The translations under genes were made by a program, and so were the position numbers. DNA of 64,000 bases from a virus (taxonomy: Duplodnaviria > Heunggongvirae > Uroviricota > Caudoviricetes). Below are positions 26,427 to 35,625 of the stretch, piece after piece. The notes under the pieces are model-generated. The model was not told the origin of the DNA. It searched no databases and worked only from the letters and a program-made list of their open reading frames with translations. The stretch's first letter is position 1, and each line of letters starts with the position of its first letter. The stretch covers positions 1 to 64,000 of IMG/VR virus record IMGVR_UViG_3300042402_004854; one strand, written 5' to 3'.

Positions 26427-27801
26427 ACTCCTCCCACCACGACCGCATCTCTGGGAATGTCTTCAAAAAGTCTGTGCCACGACGTCGATCATGTTCACTG
26501 AAGAAACGATAGAAGTCTGCCTTTGTACGTGAGTGATCTGTCAACTGTGCAGATCGCATCCAGGCAATGTCACGGTCCAGTCTGTGCAGTTCATAATCTT
26601 TGAATCCTTTGAACGGTTCCGCTTCTGTTTCGATCTGTCGCACCATCCATGCCCACAGCCATTCCAGTTTCTCTGCATAACTTTCGGGCAAGATCTGTAG
26701 GCTTTGCCACGCAGGCTCACGCAACACCGGTGTGTCAAACCACACACGTTGATAGGTGTTGCTGTATACTTTTCTCAAGCCCAATATACCAGCAAACAGT
26801 TTATCTAAACTAGTTACACTGAGATTGTTCATAGTGACAATAAATGTAAGACTTGAGTAGTTGGGCACTTCGGTAAGGAATTGATTTACTCGGTCCCACA
26901 GCAAGTCAAAGTCTAACCCATACCGCATGTATTCTGCTTGCTCGCCCCAACCATCAAGACTCACATACTGCATGAAGTGTTCGATGCGTCCGTCACAGAT
27001 TTGTTTTACATAGCCCAAGTACTTCTGCCATGACTTCTCATCTACTGAAAAGTTGCTTGTGACATTCAAGTGCAACTTGGGACTGGGATTCTCCAACACA
27101 TAATCAAACACACGATACGTGTTCCGATCCAGCAGTGGCTCGCCACCGGTCATGCGGAAATGTTCTAGGTGAGGGTACAGGCTTGGCCACCAAGACCAGA
27201 AGGCCTCAACATAAGGGTTTGATTCTCGAACGGGAATAGCACGGCGACTGCCAGTGAAATGCTCAGGAGCATTATGAGGCACCAGGGTAGGATATGCTCC
27301 GTGTCTAGCGACTTCATCTGCCCATGCACTACTAAACTGAGGGCTGCAATAACTACACCGCAGATTGCAAACGTGATTAAAATTAACTTCAACATAACTG
27401 GGAATGACATTTTCCGCTCCTGTGCTATTTTTTATCTGTTCAAAATCCACTGCGGCCCAAGGTTCACCTGAACGGTAGTGCCGATCACTTAGTTTGCCTT
27501 CATCTTCCATGTTCCAGCAGTACTGGCATTCTGCAGGTTTCTCCCCGGCCAACATCATTCGGCGTTGTTGTTTTTTATACTCAGTGTTGTGCAATGCCGA
27601 AACATCTATGGCAATCTCTTCAGGGTTGATCGAGTGCAAGGGCGGATGATAGCATGAATTGTTCATGCCTGTGGTAAGATGTAGGCTAACCTGCCTCCAC
27701 TTGGCCAGGCACAGTGCAGTCCCTAGTTGCTGTTTCATCTGCTCAGCAGAGTTTAAAAACTTGCTTTTGCCGTCTACAGATTCGTTGCCCTTTTGTTGCA
27801 T
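26401..27801 (-). CDS. radical SAM enzyme, Cys-rich N-terminal extension (family member 5)
   Basis: CNLRCSYCSPQFSSAW. N-terminal LCLAKWRQVSLHLTTGMNNSCYHPP...CQYCW. Closest paralogue of member 4. Confidence 0.75.
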   Translation of the reverse strand: MQQKGNESVDGKSKFLNSAEQMKQQLGTALCLAKWRQVSLHLTTGMNNSCYHPPLHSINPEEIAIDVSALHNTEYKKQQRRMMLAGEKPAECQYCWNMEDEGKLSDRHYRSGEPWAAVDFEQIKNSTGAENVIPSYVEVNFNHVCNLRCSYCSPQFSSAWADEVARHGAYPTLVPHNAPEHFTGSRRAIPVRESNPYVEAFWSWWPSLYPHLEHFRMTGGEPLLDRNTYRVFDYVLENPSPKLHLNVTSNFSVDEKSWQKYLGYVKQICDGRIEHFMQYVSLDGWGEQAEYMRYGLDFDLLWDRVNQFLTEVPNYSSLTFIVTMNNLSVTSLDKLFAGILGLRKVYSNTYQRVWFDTPVLREPAWQSLQILPESYAEKLEWLWAWMVRQIETEAEPFKGFKDYELHRLDRDIAWMRSAQLTDHSRTKADFYRFFSEHDRRRGTDFLKTFPEMRSWWEECAYHARQS

Positions 27802-27802
27802 A

Positions 27803-29620
27803 TTATATTTTGTTGTTAATAAGTTTAATTTTATTTTTCAATAACCCTTTTCGTCGATTCATATAAAAATCAAATTCTTCAGTTAATGAAGCTACAGGAA
27901 TTACTATGTATTTGTGTTGCGCATCTTGCCAAGTATCAATATCAAAATCTAAATCTAACATTACAGGGTACTGATGATCTTTATCTACTATCGAGTGTTG
28001 CTGCAATGCTTTTATGCCCGGGTCAATATCTGTTAGTTCTTCTAACACCTGTTGCGACAACTTGTATACATGTTTTCGATTTTCATAAACAAATAGTCCA
28101 CCTACAGATTGTAACCCATGACCGCCGCGGCTGTGATTTTCAAAATCCAACATCTTTCCGGTAGTTAGGTAATGTTGCACAACGTTTTTAATTTGTGCGA
28201 GGTACAACTGGAACGGTTCAGAGTTGTTTATTTTGTTAAACAGATTATCATAAAACGTCTTATAAGAAATATTTTTTTTGTATCTAGCGTACTTGGATAG
28301 GTACTGTGTGTATCCAACAATATGAAAATGCAAAATCATCCAAGCGTACATAAATCCTTCTACAATATCGTTTGTAGACATGGTATTTGTGGCGCATATT
28401 AATTCAATGCTTTCGTCAGTAATACCTTTATAATCATTAGCATTAGAAAAGCCCGAGTAATCACTGGCGTTGATTGTTAATATCCCGTATTTTTTTCTGC
28501 TGTGTTCTTGTGCTAGCTCACTGTTTTCTAGTATCTGGGCAAACCATATATCAATTGATTTATGTTGTCCAAGTTCTAGTAATTCAGTAAGTCCTCTTTT
28601 CCATGTTTCTAGTGTTTCTAGCGGTAGCCCTAAAATTACTTCTGTATAGGTACCAACATCGGTTTTGTCACTTATCTCCATTAGTTTGGCAATATTGTTT
28701 ACGTCAAGATTATCTCTCTTGATAGCTGTTAGGGTGTCGGGATTCATGCTCTGAACACTTACGGTAATGCCTCTACTGTACGGGCCTATAATTTTTGCAA
28801 TTTCAAAAACTTCGTCAGTAGAGTTTTTAGCGTACTGTATATTAATTGCATCTACCCTGCTACGGTCTGCAACAGATCTAATCATTCGAGCTATTTCTAA
28901 ATCACGTTGTTTAAAAATGCCAAAATTTGCATCAGCTAAAAAAAGAAAGCTAACTGGATTATTAACTGCCCATTCTAGATCTGCTTGAACATGCTCTAGA
29001 CTGAACTTTTTAATTTTACTATATGTTACCCCGCCCCAATCACAAAATGTACAAGCATACGGGCATCCACGGTTGGTTTCAAAAGTCATGCTCCATAATA
29101 CGTCAGGATTGTCAGCAACAATAGTATTAAATACTCCACTGGTATAAGGGCTAGGTATATCTAACTTCTGTAGACGTTGTTTTTGACTCAACATCTGAAC
29201 AGGTTGATTTGCTAAAATTGCTCGCAGAGTTTCGACAAATTTTTCTTCGCCTTCGCCGCATACAATACTATCTACAAACTTGTACTTTATATGACGACCG
29301 CTTACGTGCGGTCCGCCAAATTGGATTATACATTGTGGCCAGCGTTTTTTAATCATTTCTGCAAGAATCAAGCAATATTGAGCATTCCAAACATAAACAC
29401 TGAATCCACAGTATACTGGGTCCTCGATACGATCTAATATGTCCGCTGGATCTTCTCGTCGAAATATTAGATCTGCCAGTACAAAATTATTTGTTATATC
29501 ATCAAACTGACTAGCATAACTCCATAAGCACCCTGAACTGTACGGTAGCCAGTAGTTTGGTTCTTTCCTAAAATCCACAGAGTACTGCGGCTGGAACAAA
29601 TAGATATTTTTTTTATGCAT
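27803..29620 (-). CDS. large radical SAM enzyme, probable B12-binding (class B) type, paralogue B
   Basis: 605 aa; NRGCPYACTFCDWGGV (CxxxCxxC); same architecture as 20981..22741. Confidence 0.6.
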   Translation of the reverse strand: MHKKNIYLFQPQYSVDFRKEPNYWLPYSSGCLWSYASQFDDITNNFVLADLIFRREDPADILDRIEDPVYCGFSVYVWNAQYCLILAEMIKKRWPQCIIQFGGPHVSGRHIKYKFVDSIVCGEGEEKFVETLRAILANQPVQMLSQKQRLQKLDIPSPYTSGVFNTIVADNPDVLWSMTFETNRGCPYACTFCDWGGVTYSKIKKFSLEHVQADLEWAVNNPVSFLFLADANFGIFKQRDLEIARMIRSVADRSRVDAINIQYAKNSTDEVFEIAKIIGPYSRGITVSVQSMNPDTLTAIKRDNLDVNNIAKLMEISDKTDVGTYTEVILGLPLETLETWKRGLTELLELGQHKSIDIWFAQILENSELAQEHSRKKYGILTINASDYSGFSNANDYKGITDESIELICATNTMSTNDIVEGFMYAWMILHFHIVGYTQYLSKYARYKKNISYKTFYDNLFNKINNSEPFQLYLAQIKNVVQHYLTTGKMLDFENHSRGGHGLQSVGGLFVYENRKHVYKLSQQVLEELTDIDPGIKALQQHSIVDKDHQYPVMLDLDFDIDTWQDAQHKYIVIPVASLTEEFDFYMNRRKGLLKNKIKLINNKI

Positions 29621-29621
29621 G

Positions 29622-30587
29622 TTATTCGATGGGATAGATTTCTGTTTTATACTCTTGTGACTTTAGTAGATTGTAATTGTGGTCCAACACATACTGCATA
29701 TCCCAATACATTTCTTCTAGCTGCTTGTTAGATTTTTTGGATAATTGATCAATCACTGCTAGTATTTTTATATATCGATCTTTTCCTTCGTAGCCATCGT
29801 AATCCTCGGACCAAAAGTCGTTGAATGTTTTAAACCCTTGTTGGCGTAGGTAACAAAGATAGTCCCTAGACGCAAATATAACAAACGGTTTTTTAAGCCA
29901 CATTGGTCGAGCTGTTTTTTCTGTTGGATAGAATGTTTTTCCTGCTACATGACTTTCAGACACTATATCAACAAAAATATCACGGTACATTGAGATTCCG
30001 TTGTCAATTTCGTAGTCGTACCATCCGCGATTCTCAATTGTGTTAACATCATTTTGGTCGTACGCAAGCAACGGCATGTGCGGTAACATAGTAGAGACTT
30101 CTCCAATACTTTCCATTCTAAGCATTGCTACCTTGTCAAATTCGTACAGTTGCAGCCGGTCAATGGTTGTGTCATAACTAAAATGTATCACACTCTGCTG
30201 TTGGTAATGGTTAAACAGATATGCACCAATGCCTAATCTACTTGCAGTGGGTCTATGGTAAAACGCCAAAAATGTTTTTGCACCTGTCCAGTCATGTAAG
30301 CTAGGGTGAATATTAGGTTGGTGTGCTAACCAACGATTGTTTTTGTTAACAATGATGTTGTACTTACTGTGTTGCTCTAGTTGATTCTCTGTGTATATCC
30401 TTACACTTGCAAACTCAAAATTATCCAGTAACTGATATATTCCCAAGGTCTCGAGGCATATTGCTTCAGGATTTATTATTAACGAAATACGACAATGCTG
30501 ATTACGTACTAGATAGTTAGTCAGCTCTTGAAAGTTCCAAAGTTTATTATTGGTTCCAGTGATTACAAATTTTTGAGTTTTTTCCAT
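29622..30587 (-). CDS. GT10-family glycosyltransferase paralogue 5 (most divergent)
   Basis: VSESHVAGKTFYPTEKTARPMWLKKPFVIFASRDYLCYLRQQGFKTFNDFWSEDYD. Confidence 0.55.
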   Translation of the reverse strand: MEKTQKFVITGTNNKLWNFQELTNYLVRNQHCRISLIINPEAICLETLGIYQLLDNFEFASVRIYTENQLEQHSKYNIIVNKNNRWLAHQPNIHPSLHDWTGAKTFLAFYHRPTASRLGIGAYLFNHYQQQSVIHFSYDTTIDRLQLYEFDKVAMLRMESIGEVSTMLPHMPLLAYDQNDVNTIENRGWYDYEIDNGISMYRDIFVDIVSESHVAGKTFYPTEKTARPMWLKKPFVIFASRDYLCYLRQQGFKTFNDFWSEDYDGYEGKDRYIKILAVIDQLSKKSNKQLEEMYWDMQYVLDHNYNLLKSQEYKTEIYPIE

Positions 30588-31486
30588 ATTTCAATAGTTT
30601 TATCAAGTCCGTCACTCAAGGACACAGTTGGTTTCCATCCAGTAAGTCTTGTTAATTTTTCTGCACTGCTATTCAGTACCCAAATTTCACCCGGGCGTTT
30701 GGGTTTTGTGTCCCAGTTAATGCGGCCGTGCCAGTTAAGTTTGTTAGCAATGAGTTTAGCATATTCGTTGATGCTGATGGCATTGTTTGGTCCAAGTGTA
30801 AATATGTTATTTGCAATTAGATCAAACTGATCAATCATAGTTTCCCAGGCATCTAATAGATCAGTGATGAAAATAAAATTCCTGTACGGTTCCTGATATC
30901 CTAAATTACATTTATCGGGATTATCAAGCATCTGTGTAATAATTTGTTCTGTGACAAAAAAATCATTATCTTGACGACCGTAGGAATTAGTTTGTCGAAC
31001 TATTATGTATTGTAACCCATAACTGCGATGTGCGTACTCGATATACTTTTCGCAGCCAAACTTTGCCACAGCATACGGTGCATTAGGGTTAGGAATAGTT
31101 GTGTCAGGGTCAAATGCTGGAATAATTTCTGGAGTCTTGCCATTTCTAACTAAATCGCTAACTGGCTGCCAACCATATACTTCCATAGTGCTGGCAAAAA
31201 TTAATTTTGGAATTTTTTTGCATTGTAATATAGATTCTATTAGATTAACCGTACCCACATAATTAATTTCAGAAAACTCAACCTGTTGATAGAAACTTTG
31301 CTCTACTTCTGTTCTAGCTGCTAAGTGTACCACCAAATCTGGGTTAAATGATTGAACTTCGGTGTTAACTGCCTTGTAATCTTTCAAATTGCTTTTCAAG
31401 CAATATATTTCAAATTTGTTCTGCAATCTAAGTAACATATGTTGCCCAATGAACCCGCTACTGCCAGTAATTAATATCTTTTTCAT
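30563..31486 (-). CDS. NAD(P)-dependent sugar epimerase/dehydratase/reductase (SDR)
   Basis: MKKILITGSSGFIGQHM (GxxGxxG); YAVAKFGCE (YxxxK); 307 aa. Confidence 0.8.
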   Translation of the reverse strand: MKKILITGSSGFIGQHMLLRLQNKFEIYCLKSNLKDYKAVNTEVQSFNPDLVVHLAARTEVEQSFYQQVEFSEINYVGTVNLIESILQCKKIPKLIFASTMEVYGWQPVSDLVRNGKTPEIIPAFDPDTTIPNPNAPYAVAKFGCEKYIEYAHRSYGLQYIIVRQTNSYGRQDNDFFVTEQIITQMLDNPDKCNLGYQEPYRNFIFITDLLDAWETMIDQFDLIANNIFTLGPNNAISINEYAKLIANKLNWHGRINWDTKPKRPGEIWVLNSSAEKLTRLTGWKPTVSLSDGLDKTIEIWKKLKNL

Positions 31487-32425
31487 TTACCAACCTTCTT
31501 GCTGTCTAATGACGTCAATTTCTCGCACCATGATGCCACGATTCGACCAATTTGATCGATAGTGTTGTTTAAAGAATCGGCTCTGTTCGCCTTCAAAGAT
31601 GGCCATGGGCAAATCTAATTGGCTATGCAAATTGTCTGCCACACGCCCGCCCAACAGTCTTGGGTCTGAATTTTTTACTGTGTCCCAAATTTCAGCCAGG
31701 GCATCAAAGTCTTGCACTAGTCGATGATCCCAGTTTGTGAGCATGGTCATGTAAGTGCCTTGCCTGGCACCAGCCATGGCCCAGTAGCCGTTGTTGACGT
31801 CTGCACCAATGTTGTGCCATATGGTCAGGTGACCTAAGTTACGTTTGTGTACTTGTTGTTGGAATTGTTCCACTGTGGGCTTTGCACCTCGGTTCAGGCA
31901 CATCTTTACACCTTCACGGAAGCCGGCACGCCAGGCTTGAAATGCACTTCCGTTGGGGTATGTGGTTGAGTAGCAGTCGTGCATGGCCCAGTACATGGGA
32001 TCAAAACAAAACTCCACTTCAGTTTCCGCCCGGCCATCGGTGGCTTCGTGTGTGCGCATGTTCATCACAAACTCACGTGTCCATGAACTCAAGCCACCAT
32101 TGCCGTACATGAGTCCATTGATGTGATTTCTAGCACGCCAACGAAACACTGCCTGTTCCCAGTCTGGTGTGTCAAACGTCAGTGTTTGATTGAAGAAGGC
32201 GGCATCAGGAATGTTGTCGCCATCGATCAAGATAAAACGCTCAGTGGTACTGGCTGCAGCAGCAGCTTTGTGTGCCGCATCTGACCCTTTGATGCCATCC
32301 ACTCTGGTGGCCCAAGGCACCATGTTCTTGATCCGTACCCAGAACTCTTCTTTTTCGGGCTCGTCGTAACTCAAGTATACACAGTCCAAGTCTGCAATGT
32401 CAATTTGATTCATAAATTTCCTCAA
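31487..32425 (-). CDS. hypothetical protein, possible GT-A-like glycosyltransferase (DxD: FILIDGDNIPD)
   Basis: ORF track; the single DGD motif is weak evidence. GC-richer than the flanking genes. Confidence 0.45.
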   Translation of the reverse strand: MRKFMNQIDIADLDCVYLSYDEPEKEEFWVRIKNMVPWATRVDGIKGSDAAHKAAAAASTTERFILIDGDNIPDAAFFNQTLTFDTPDWEQAVFRWRARNHINGLMYGNGGLSSWTREFVMNMRTHEATDGRAETEVEFCFDPMYWAMHDCYSTTYPNGSAFQAWRAGFREGVKMCLNRGAKPTVEQFQQQVHKRNLGHLTIWHNIGADVNNGYWAMAGARQGTYMTMLTNWDHRLVQDFDALAEIWDTVKNSDPRLLGGRVADNLHSQLDLPMAIFEGEQSRFFKQHYRSNWSNRGIMVREIDVIRQQEGW

Positions 32426-33113
32426 TTTTTGGTTGTATTAATTGTGCCCAAGTTTTGTGCGCTATGTGTCCTGGATGTACGAGATCTGTATCCAACCAGT
32501 TGTTTGTTTTAGCAATATTGTTAATATTTTCTTTGTTGTATATTTGATTTTGATCTAGTAGACTATATAAATTTAAATTTATTTTTAAATCATTTTCGTA
32601 ATCATTATAAAAAGTAAACAAATATGGAATTTGCATTTGTTTGAGTGTGTTTTGCAATGAAATCATTTTAATTAAAAATCCGTCAATAAATTGGAGATAT
32701 CCAACGTGTTTGTACACACTTTCAAATAATTTAGATTGTTTTAATGCAAACTCATTGTTGACATGTCCACAACCAAATACCCAATTTTTTTCAACATAGT
32801 CCTGATCATTTATTGGTTCTATTATTTTTTCTGGCCAATCATTTTTTTGATGTTGATATTGACTAGTATAAGTTGAATCAGAAAATAAATCTATATTTGA
32901 AACTTTGAAATCTACTCGATGAATTCCTGTCCACATTACAATAACAAAATCATAATTTCGTTGCGATAATTCTGCTATGGTTGTTTCGCTTATGTAAGTG
33001 TTTCCTGCTCCTGCTTGTGCTAAATTTACAATATTTTGATATTTTAAGTGGTATGGCCAAGAGCCCGGGCCTCGGCTAAAACTGCATCCATTTACTAGTA
33101 AATTTTTAATCAT
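32400..33113 (-). CDS. hypothetical protein (237 aa), AT-rich
   Basis: ORF track; N-terminal LLVNGCSFSRG. Possible hydrolase- or transferase-like, but no confident family. Confidence 0.5.
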   Translation of the reverse strand: MIKNLLVNGCSFSRGPGSWPYHLKYQNIVNLAQAGAGNTYISETTIAELSQRNYDFVIVMWTGIHRVDFKVSNIDLFSDSTYTSQYQHQKNDWPEKIIEPINDQDYVEKNWVFGCGHVNNEFALKQSKLFESVYKHVGYLQFIDGFLIKMISLQNTLKQMQIPYLFTFYNDYENDLKINLNLYSLLDQNQIYNKENINNIAKTNNWLDTDLVHPGHIAHKTWAQLIQPKIEEIYESN

Positions 33114-34237
33114 CTTAAGTTATCTATTTTTATCACACGTTCCCTATGACCAAACGCTGTTTTTGACTTGCCATGAATGATATTGCTACAACTTTTGTTG
33201 CACACTGGATGCATGGTGTTTTGATGTTTTAGGGTTTCATTAAATTTTTTTCCAAAATAATTTTTAAATATATGATCCATTTCATTGTAGTACAATGAAA
33301 TATTATCAAAAGTTCCGCCAACTAACTCTTTAAAAGCTGTTGTTCCAAAATAATTGTTAGTGGTCTCGTGTGTCATCATACAACACGGCATCAATTGTCC
33401 TAGTACATTGATGTATGCTTGATTATTTTTTGCCCAAGGACACAAAATATCTAGCTGTTTTCTGCTGTAATTTGATATATTTTTTTTTGCTATAAAAGTT
33501 TCTGACTTTGAATTAATCTTTGCCTGACTAAGGCTACTAGGTGCAATTTCATGTATAACTTTGCCTTCAACCATGACTGGCCAATTGGTTAAATTTTGAA
33601 ATCTATAGTCATACGCTCTTAGAAATTTTACACTACTAAAACCCAACAATTTTGACACTTTTGTTATTTCGTCAATTTGGTGTTCGTTGTGTTTGAATAC
33701 TATACATTTCCAAACAGCATTGCCGCCAGCAGATATAAATGCGCTAGCATTTTCCATAATTTTGTTGTAATCTGTACCAACTCTATAAAGATGATTGGTA
33801 TCTTCTAACCCATCAATTGACCAAATCACTTGCAAATTAGAAAATTTTGCTAACTCTTGCCACCAATTTTTGTTTCGCAAACTGCCATTAGTATCTACAG
33901 TAACTAGCGGTACAAAATCAAAAAAGTTTATTAAATCTTCAATCCAAGGATTCATCATAGGATCACCAGTAGCGCCAGCAAACTCTACAGTTTGAAGATT
34001 TATTAATAATTCTGGTGTCAACCCATGTTTAAATGCATCTATTGTTAGGTGCTCTTCAGGGATATAATCATGTAAAAATCCATCGTCGGTGTATCTTGGA
34101 CAATGTGGGCACTTGGCATTACAAAATCCTGTTGGCTCTATCAGCAGTTGAGTCAAGGAATTACTTGAAAGATAAGAATTATCAATTTGATTCATATGTT
34201 TGTTTGCTCCAGCAAGTATGAGGTTGGTCCTCGGCAA
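33110..34237 (-). CDS. radical SAM enzyme with C-terminal Cys motif (CPW...PCC), SPASM/twitch-like candidate
   Basis: FCNAKCPHCPRY (CxxxCxxC) near the N-terminus. C-terminal LDILCPWAKNNQAYINVLGQLMPCCMM plus CNKSCSN resembles an auxiliary-cluster domain. Confidence 0.7.
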   Translation of the reverse strand: MPRTNLILAGANKHMNQIDNSYLSSNSLTQLLIEPTGFCNAKCPHCPRYTDDGFLHDYIPEEHLTIDAFKHGLTPELLINLQTVEFAGATGDPMMNPWIEDLINFFDFVPLVTVDTNGSLRNKNWWQELAKFSNLQVIWSIDGLEDTNHLYRVGTDYNKIMENASAFISAGGNAVWKCIVFKHNEHQIDEITKVSKLLGFSSVKFLRAYDYRFQNLTNWPVMVEGKVIHEIAPSSLSQAKINSKSETFIAKKNISNYSRKQLDILCPWAKNNQAYINVLGQLMPCCMMTHETTNNYFGTTAFKELVGGTFDNISLYYNEMDHIFKNYFGKKFNETLKHQNTMHPVCNKSCSNIIHGKSKTAFGHRERVIKIDNLR

Positions 34238-34517
34238 CGATTACAGCGACATTGTCAGGGTGACAAGGGGATCCAGAGTTGCCAGGGACCAGTTTAGCGG
34301 TGGTTGACCAAGTGACTTCTACTAACTTGCCGTTGCGCACACGCACGTTGGAAGCACTACGAGCAAAAGTCTCTTGATCAATCTCAATGTATGTACCAGG
34401 AACATCCTCCATGCTGTAGAATAGTGGTGTACCATTTGCATCATAGTACAGCCTAAAGAATGGCTCAGGTGGTTCTGGTATCGCATGCAGTATGGACCAA
34501 AACTCTTCGGGTATCAT
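34182..34517 (-). CDS. hypothetical protein (111 aa; start trimmed to Met30 of track ORF)
   Basis: The ATG at 34517 overlaps the cupin gene TGA (ATGA). The longer track ORF would overlap the cupin gene by 90 nt. Confidence 0.4.
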   Translation of the reverse strand: MIPEEFWSILHAIPEPPEPFFRLYYDANGTPLFYSMEDVPGTYIEIDQETFARSASNVRVRNGKLVEVTWSTTAKLVPGNSGSPCHPDNVAVIVAEDQPHTCWSKQTYESN

Positions 34518-34873
34518 TGCTGACTGTCTCCGGGCAACACACGATAGTTGTCTTCCACACTGTCTGCTGTGCTGACTTCTAATATGGTTCCTGCTTCTAT
34601 ACACACCACCTGATGAGGTTTAAGTGGTGCAATATGAAATATCTTGCCTTCTGTACCCTCATACTCCCATACCTTTGCATCGTTGGTGTCAATAAATCTC
34701 AGTAAAAATTTACCACTCATTACTCGCCATGTTTCTTGCTTGTCACGATGGAAGTGCATGCTGAATTTTGCACCTGTATTGAAGTGCATGAACTTGCTAC
34801 AGTACCGGTCGTTGGTTGCCCAGATTTCTTCCGAACCCCAACCTTTTTCTACTAGACCTGTTAGTCTGGTCAT
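34514..34873 (-). CDS. cupin-fold protein (sugar isomerase/epimerase-like)
   Basis: Canonical cupin motif 1, G-x5-H-x-H-x4-E-x6-G, in GAKFSMHFHRDKQETWRVMSG. Also KGWGSEEIW. Confidence 0.65.
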   Translation of the reverse strand: MTRLTGLVEKGWGSEEIWATNDRYCSKFMHFNTGAKFSMHFHRDKQETWRVMSGKFLLRFIDTNDAKVWEYEGTEGKIFHIAPLKPHQVVCIEAGTILEVSTADSVEDNYRVLPGDSQQ

Positions 34874-35625
34874 TTGATTTCCTCCAGTCTTGGGGCATAC
34901 ACACCCACATGTTGCACTGTTACCGCGGCTGCCTTGTTTGCAAACTTTACTGCGTCAGACATGCTGTTTGTCACTAGAAACTGATAGGCCAGTGCTGCTA
35001 AAAATGTATCACCTGCTCCACATACATCAGTTACATCACCTGCTGTTTCTGCAGGGAATCCCCAACCATTCCATGTTGCACCATGATGTCCTTGTGTGAC
35101 AATCAAATAATCTATTTTGGGTAAACTTGTTGCACGACTTTTTTCCAGTGCATTGATTTTTACATAACAGCCGGACAAACGAGCCAAGTCAGTTTTCTTT
35201 GTGTCAACAAAAATGGGCACCGTTACTTCTTTGATCAAGTCTTCGATCAACTCATAGCTGACTGTGCCTTTGTTGTAGTCGCTGATCACTATTGCATCAT
35301 ACACTGGAGGGATCACTGTTTCAAATGTGATGGGCTCACTTTTGGCATCGTGGTCTATGCGCAGAATCTGTTGCTTGGTACGATGATCAATCAGTCGATT
35401 CTTTTTGCTCACTGCACCATGCAGGAAGTTGACTCGGCATTCCAGTGCTTCTAAATTCTTGCACACATTGCCGGCCATGCCATCTTTGTAGATGGTAGAG
35501 TGTGGCTCAAACACAGGCACAGGTGCTTCAGGACTGATACGATCTACATAACCGTATGTGTAAGTGTCCTCGCAGGCATCACCGATTAACAATATGTTGA
35601 ATTTTTTCTGTTGTTGAGTATCCAT
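34870..35625 (-). CDS. D-glycero-beta-D-manno-heptose-7-phosphate kinase (HldE N-domain/RfaE1-like, PfkB family)
   Basis: RISPEAPVPV, GMAGNVCKN, ISDYNKG, DVCGAGDT and ANKAAAVTVQHVGV align with the E. coli HldE kinase motifs RISPEAPVPV, GGAANVAMN, LSDYAKG, DVTGAGDT and ANAAAGVVVGKLGT. Confidence 0.8.
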   Translation of the reverse strand: MDTQQQKKFNILLIGDACEDTYTYGYVDRISPEAPVPVFEPHSTIYKDGMAGNVCKNLEALECRVNFLHGAVSKKNRLIDHRTKQQILRIDHDAKSEPITFETVIPPVYDAIVISDYNKGTVSYELIEDLIKEVTVPIFVDTKKTDLARLSGCYVKINALEKSRATSLPKIDYLIVTQGHHGATWNGWGFPAETAGDVTDVCGAGDTFLAALAYQFLVTNSMSDAVKFANKAAAVTVQHVGVYAPRLEEIK

